DNA of 64,000 bases from the NCBI GenBank assembly GCA_963699755.1, contig CAVOVB010000002.1, positions 416,001-480,000 of the forward strand, in the 5' to 3' direction. A program made the position numbers and the translations under genes. Origin of the DNA: an uncultured delta proteobacterium. Its GTDB lineage: Bacteria; Myxococcota_A; Polyangia; Polyangiales; Houyiibacteriaceae. The notes beneath the pieces are model-generated. The model made no database searches and had not been told where the DNA came from. It was given only the letters and a program-made list of their open reading frames with translations. Shown here piece after piece: positions 60,366-64,000 of this stretch. Every line of letters starts with the position of its first letter. The stretch's first letter is position 1.

Positions 60366-62362
60366 GCGCTAAACGATTCTCGGAACGGCATCTGCGAAGG
60401 GCTCACCTTGGTCCGAACCAGCCTACACGCAAGCCCCAGGTAAAGCGCTCGGTAGGCGGGCTCCAGATCGGCCCCTGATCCGCTCTGTCTCGCCAAGATT
60501 CCGCCTAGTGTCGTATCCCCGGAAACGGAGTCGAGCACGCTGACCCAACGCCTGTCCATGCGGAACGTCTGCAGCGACGGCCCATCATCGCAGCGCTCAA
60601 GCACTCTCTCGCGAAGCGGATCGAGGACGGACTCGATCTCCTCGAGGTGTGCTTCGTTCGCGGCGTCTCGAAGGAGCTCATAGGGGTCCATGCCCATCGG
60701 GAAGGTCTCCTCGTGACTCCGTGCGCCGCGGACGAAAGCCCACTCGCCCCGCCGCCATCGGAACGCCTCCATCAGACGCCCACGCACCTGATCGGCAATC
60801 GCCCGAAACAGCTCGACCGGGCGCAGAATCCCGAGGCCAACGAGCGCATCTCCAAGACGACCGCCGTACTTGGGCAAGAGCGCCAAGGCCATCTCGATTT
60901 CCATGCGCAGGCATCGACCGGTCGCAACGAGATACTCGCCAAGAAGCTCCGACTTGTCGGTCGATGCAACGAACTCCGGCCTGCCATCGACGAAGTATAT
61001 TTTCTTGCGCCGGTTGCGCTGCCAGAGGTGAAGAACACCGGTCTGCTGTCGTGCGACGATGTCGTAGAAGACCGGCAAGAGGGTTGCCGCACGAAGCTGC
61101 CCCTGCTTCTCGGCTTGTGCGAGCTCTTCGAGCTTCCACTGAAGGCCGGGGGACGTTACGAAGCGTGTGAGCTCGGGCAAGCTGGATGGATCGATGTATG
61201 TACCGTCGGCTTTCGAGATCTTGCAGCTCCGGCTGTCGAGGACGCCCGTCGTGAGGAGCTGAATGAGTCGTGGATAGCTCATAGGCCCCATCACGCTGCC
61301 GTCGGGCAACTGCACCCGGTAAATGGTCGGCGACGTGACGGCCTGCGGCCCAATCAGCTCCTGGCCGGCGTGATGCATGAGGTCGCTATCCACGAGCGAT
61401 GGCAGGTCCGCATCCGGCAGATGGACTTCCGGGGCGTCTCCTTCGACCAGGTCGAGCTGCGCTAAAAGGCGGGCGACGCGATCGGGTCCGTGCCCCATCC
61501 CCCGGCGCCGCATCACTTCCGCGCAGGCCTCGGAAAAGGCGCCCGCGGTCGGCCGCTCGTTTGGATCGCGCTGGAGCCCCCGAAGCACGACGGAGCGAAT
61601 GTCCTGGGGGATGCGCCGCTCACAGCGAGCCAGCACCCGAAGGTCGGCATCCCGAATTCGCAACAAGACGTTGAGCTCGCTCTCTCCTTGGAACAGGGGT
61701 TCGCCGATCAGCATCTCTGCCAAGACCGTCGAAAGCGTGAAAACGTCGCTCTTGCCGCTGAGCTCTTTCCCGAGAACCTGTTCAGGCGACATGTAGCCGA
61801 GCTTCCCGCGAACTTGGCCATCCTCGGTCGTCGGCGCCCGACTTCGAACGGTGGCAATGCCAAAGTCGGTCAGCTTCACGTGCCCGGTACGACTGAGAAG
61901 GATGTTCGCAGGGCTCACGTCGCGATGGACGAACTCCAGGGATTCGCCCTTCTCGTCGACCGCATGGTGTGCATATTCGAGCGCTTGGGCGGTTTGGTAC
62001 GCAATGTGCAAAGCCACGTCCCAGGGAATCGGCGAATCCGAAGGAGCAGCGCGCAAGAGGCGACTGACGTTCGAGCCGTCGACGAGCTCCATGACGAGCA
62101 CCAGGTCCTCGCCCATCGTTCCGAAGTCGAACACCTGAACAATGTTGGGGTGTTCGAGGAGCGCAGCGAGGCGAGCTTCGTCGATGAACATCCATACGAA
62201 GTCTGGATCGCTCGAAAACTGGGGAAGAATGCGCTTGAGCGCCACCCGCTTCTGAAAGCCGTGCAGACCTTCACGCCGCGCAACGAAAACCTCGGCCATC
62301 CCCCCCGCCGCCAGGCGACGCTCGATGTGGTACGGCCCGAGCAGCGGCCGTTGTTCACTCAC
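60362..62362 (-). CDS. Ser/Thr protein kinase with GYF-like and DUF4388-like C-terminal domains
   Basis: GGMAEV, VALK, HRDVSPAN, DFG, YMSPE; YRVQLPDG..MGP; TGVL.L...KKIYFVDG.P. Confidence 0.9.
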   Translation of the reverse strand: MSEQRPLLGPYHIERRLAAGGMAEVFVARREGLHGFQKRVALKRILPQFSSDPDFVWMFIDEARLAALLEHPNIVQVFDFGTMGEDLVLVMELVDGSNVSRLLRAAPSDSPIPWDVALHIAYQTAQALEYAHHAVDEKGESLEFVHRDVSPANILLSRTGHVKLTDFGIATVRSRAPTTEDGQVRGKLGYMSPEQVLGKELSGKSDVFTLSTVLAEMLIGEPLFQGESELNVLLRIRDADLRVLARCERRIPQDIRSVVLRGLQRDPNERPTAGAFSEACAEVMRRRGMGHGPDRVARLLAQLDLVEGDAPEVHLPDADLPSLVDSDLMHHAGQELIGPQAVTSPTIYRVQLPDGSVMGPMSYPRLIQLLTTGVLDSRSCKISKADGTYIDPSSLPELTRFVTSPGLQWKLEELAQAEKQGQLRAATLLPVFYDIVARQQTGVLHLWQRNRRKKIYFVDGRPEFVASTDKSELLGEYLVATGRCLRMEIEMALALLPKYGGRLGDALVGLGILRPVELFRAIADQVRGRLMEAFRWRRGEWAFVRGARSHEETFPMGMDPYELLRDAANEAHLEEIESVLDPLRERVLERCDDGPSLQTFRMDRRWVSVLDSVSGDTTLGGILARQSGSGADLEPAYRALYLGLACRLVRTKVSPSQMPFRESFSA

Positions 62363-62511
62363 CCATCCCTCCGTTGGTGCCCGACCCCTCCATCATAAGC
62401 GGCTCGGGCACCTGATGACAGCTTACTCCAGGTTTCACCCAGAGCGGAACACTTGGGGCTTCGCTTTCTTCCTGCTTATGATTGAGGTTGCCCAGAAGGT
62501 ACGGGGGAACC

Positions 62512-64000
62512 ATGGGGATTGTACGCAAGGCATCGCGCACGAAGAAATCGCATGATCCGTTGCTCGGGAAGGTCGTCGCCGGTCGATATCGACTCGAATC
62601 GATGCTCGGCGAAGGAGGAATGGGCGTCGTTTATAGAGCACGACACGTGCTCATCGATCGCGTCGTCGCGCTGAAGCTGATCCGACCGGACCTTCGCGGC
62701 GAAACGCACCTACGTGCCTGGATGGTGCGCGAGGCGCGCGCTGCGAACCGGGTCGACCATGCACACATCGTGGACATCCACGACGTTGGAGAAACGGAAG
62801 ACGGTGAGCTCTACCTAGTAATGGAGTACCTCGTCGGTGACTCGCTCTCGTCACAGATCGCGAAGGGCCCGATGCCAATCGCGCGTGCCGTCGACATTCT
62901 CGAACAGATGACCGCGGCGCTTGCGCGTGCACACGATCTAGGCGTGGTTCATCGCGATCTCAAGAGCGACAACATCATGGTCACCTCGCGTGGTGGTCGA
63001 AAAGACTTCGTGAAGATCCTGGACTTTGGCCTGGCTGCACTGACGCGTGATCCACGACTCGCTCCCAAGGGTGCGGTCTTCGGAACGCCGGAGTACATGT
63101 CGCCCGAGCAAGCACGAGGGGAAGATGCGGTCTCGTCGAGCGATCTCTACGCACTCGGTGTGCTGTTCTTCGAGATGCTGACAGGACGGCTTCCGTTCCG
63201 TTCGGGCGATCGCGACGAGTTGCTCGACATGCAGCGAACGGCGAAACCGCCGAGCCCGCGCAAGTACCGCGCGGACATTCCCGAGCATGCCGAACACATC
63301 ATTTTGAAGCTGCTCGAAAAGAAGCCCGAAGACCGATTCCGCGACGGGCACCATCTCAAGGAAGAGCTTAAGGAGATGCAACGCACCCTTCCCTCGCGGG
63401 AATGGGATCAGCCGACGGATCTGACTCCGGTCGCACCACAGCCCCCACCACCGGCGCAGGCGCCTGGCGTGGTCGAGTGGAGCCGGACTGCGGCGAACTT
63501 CCTGCGCGCTGTCGCGCGGGCCTACCCCGATGGAAACGCGCCAGCCGAAGTTCAGGGCGCGTCGGACAAGATTTGGGAGCTCGCATCGCGGGCATCCCGG
63601 CTCGAAGGCGAGCTCGAGAGCCATTCGAAGAAACTCGAGACGATCGAGAAGCGCGGCCGGGCGCTTCGCGCTGAAATCGGACGTAAGGTCGAAGATCTCG
63701 CAGGGGAGGAGTCTCGCGCCTTGCGTGATGCATCCATGGAGCGCGACTCTTTGAGCCAGTTGATTCTCAAGCTCAAGCGCGCGAAGCGCGCGCATGAAGC
63801 GGCTGAGGCCGAGGTGAAGTTGGCGGGCAGCAACATCGAACGCATCCGACGCGGTCATCAAGCGCTAGGGGCTGCCGCCGCAGAGTGCGAAGTTCTGAAG
63901 ACCGTAGCCCGCGACTACGAACGCCGCGCTCGCAACAAGGAGGAAACCGCCGCCGAGCGCCGCACGCAGATCGAAGAGCTCCGGGCACAGCTGAAGCGAT
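62512..64000 (+). CDS. Ser/Thr protein kinase with coiled-coil C-terminus (3'-partial; absent from the ORF track)
   Basis: ATG62512 MGIVRKASR...LGEGGMGVVY, VALK, HRDLKSDN, DFG, GTPEYMSPE; open to the window end. Confidence 0.93.
   Translation, partial: MGIVRKASRTKKSHDPLLGKVVAGRYRLESMLGEGGMGVVYRARHVLIDRVVALKLIRPDLRGETHLRAWMVREARAANRVDHAHIVDIHDVGETEDGELYLVMEYLVGDSLSSQIAKGPMPIARAVDILEQMTAALARAHDLGVVHRDLKSDNIMVTSRGGRKDFVKILDFGLAALTRDPRLAPKGAVFGTPEYMSPEQARGEDAVSSSDLYALGVLFFEMLTGRLPFRSGDRDELLDMQRTAKPPSPRKYRADIPEHAEHIILKLLEKKPEDRFRDGHHLKEELKEMQRTLPSREWDQPTDLTPVAPQPPPPAQAPGVVEWSRTAANFLRAVARAYPDGNAPAEVQGASDKIWELASRASRLEGELESHSKKLETIEKRGRALRAEIGRKVEDLAGEESRALRDASMERDSLSQLILKLKRAKRAHEAAEAEVKLAGSNIERIRRGHQALGAAAAECEVLKTVARDYERRARNKEETAAERRTQIEELRAQLKR

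Noticed and set aside
62938..63861. 307-aa minus-strand ORF
   Set aside because: Antisense to the clear + strand kinase starting at 62512

Overview
High-GC chromosomal segment. Gene content (many Ser/Thr kinases, Tgl-like TPR lipoprotein, HEAT-containing che cluster, Cys-rich lipoproteins) points to Myxococcota, probably Polyangia; this is inference. It holds about 60 densely packed genes: purBCS, a split trpF/trpBA, korAB, lhr, recO, dciA, an nfeD-nfeD2-floA operon, a receptor-less chemosensory cluster, ECF and sigma-32-family sigma factors, and lipid/redox genes. I saw no rRNA, tRNA, CRISPR array, transposase, integrase or prophage. Best leads: (1) a flotillin operon extended by an uncalled 51-aa basic ORF and a membrane-anchored YqfB-like protein carrying an M48-like HEXXH protease domain; (2) a sensorless pseudo-histidine kinase (possible ChpT-like phosphotransferase) closing an MCP-less che cluster; (3) a GpsA homologue lacking its catalytic residues, coupled to a PlsB-like acyltransferase; (4) a pseudokinase-ECF sigma-NrsF triad; (5) a lipoprotein cytochrome with a CX5CH motif. 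Two genes are frameshifted at simple repeats. All family calls come from reading motifs by eye, not from database searches.
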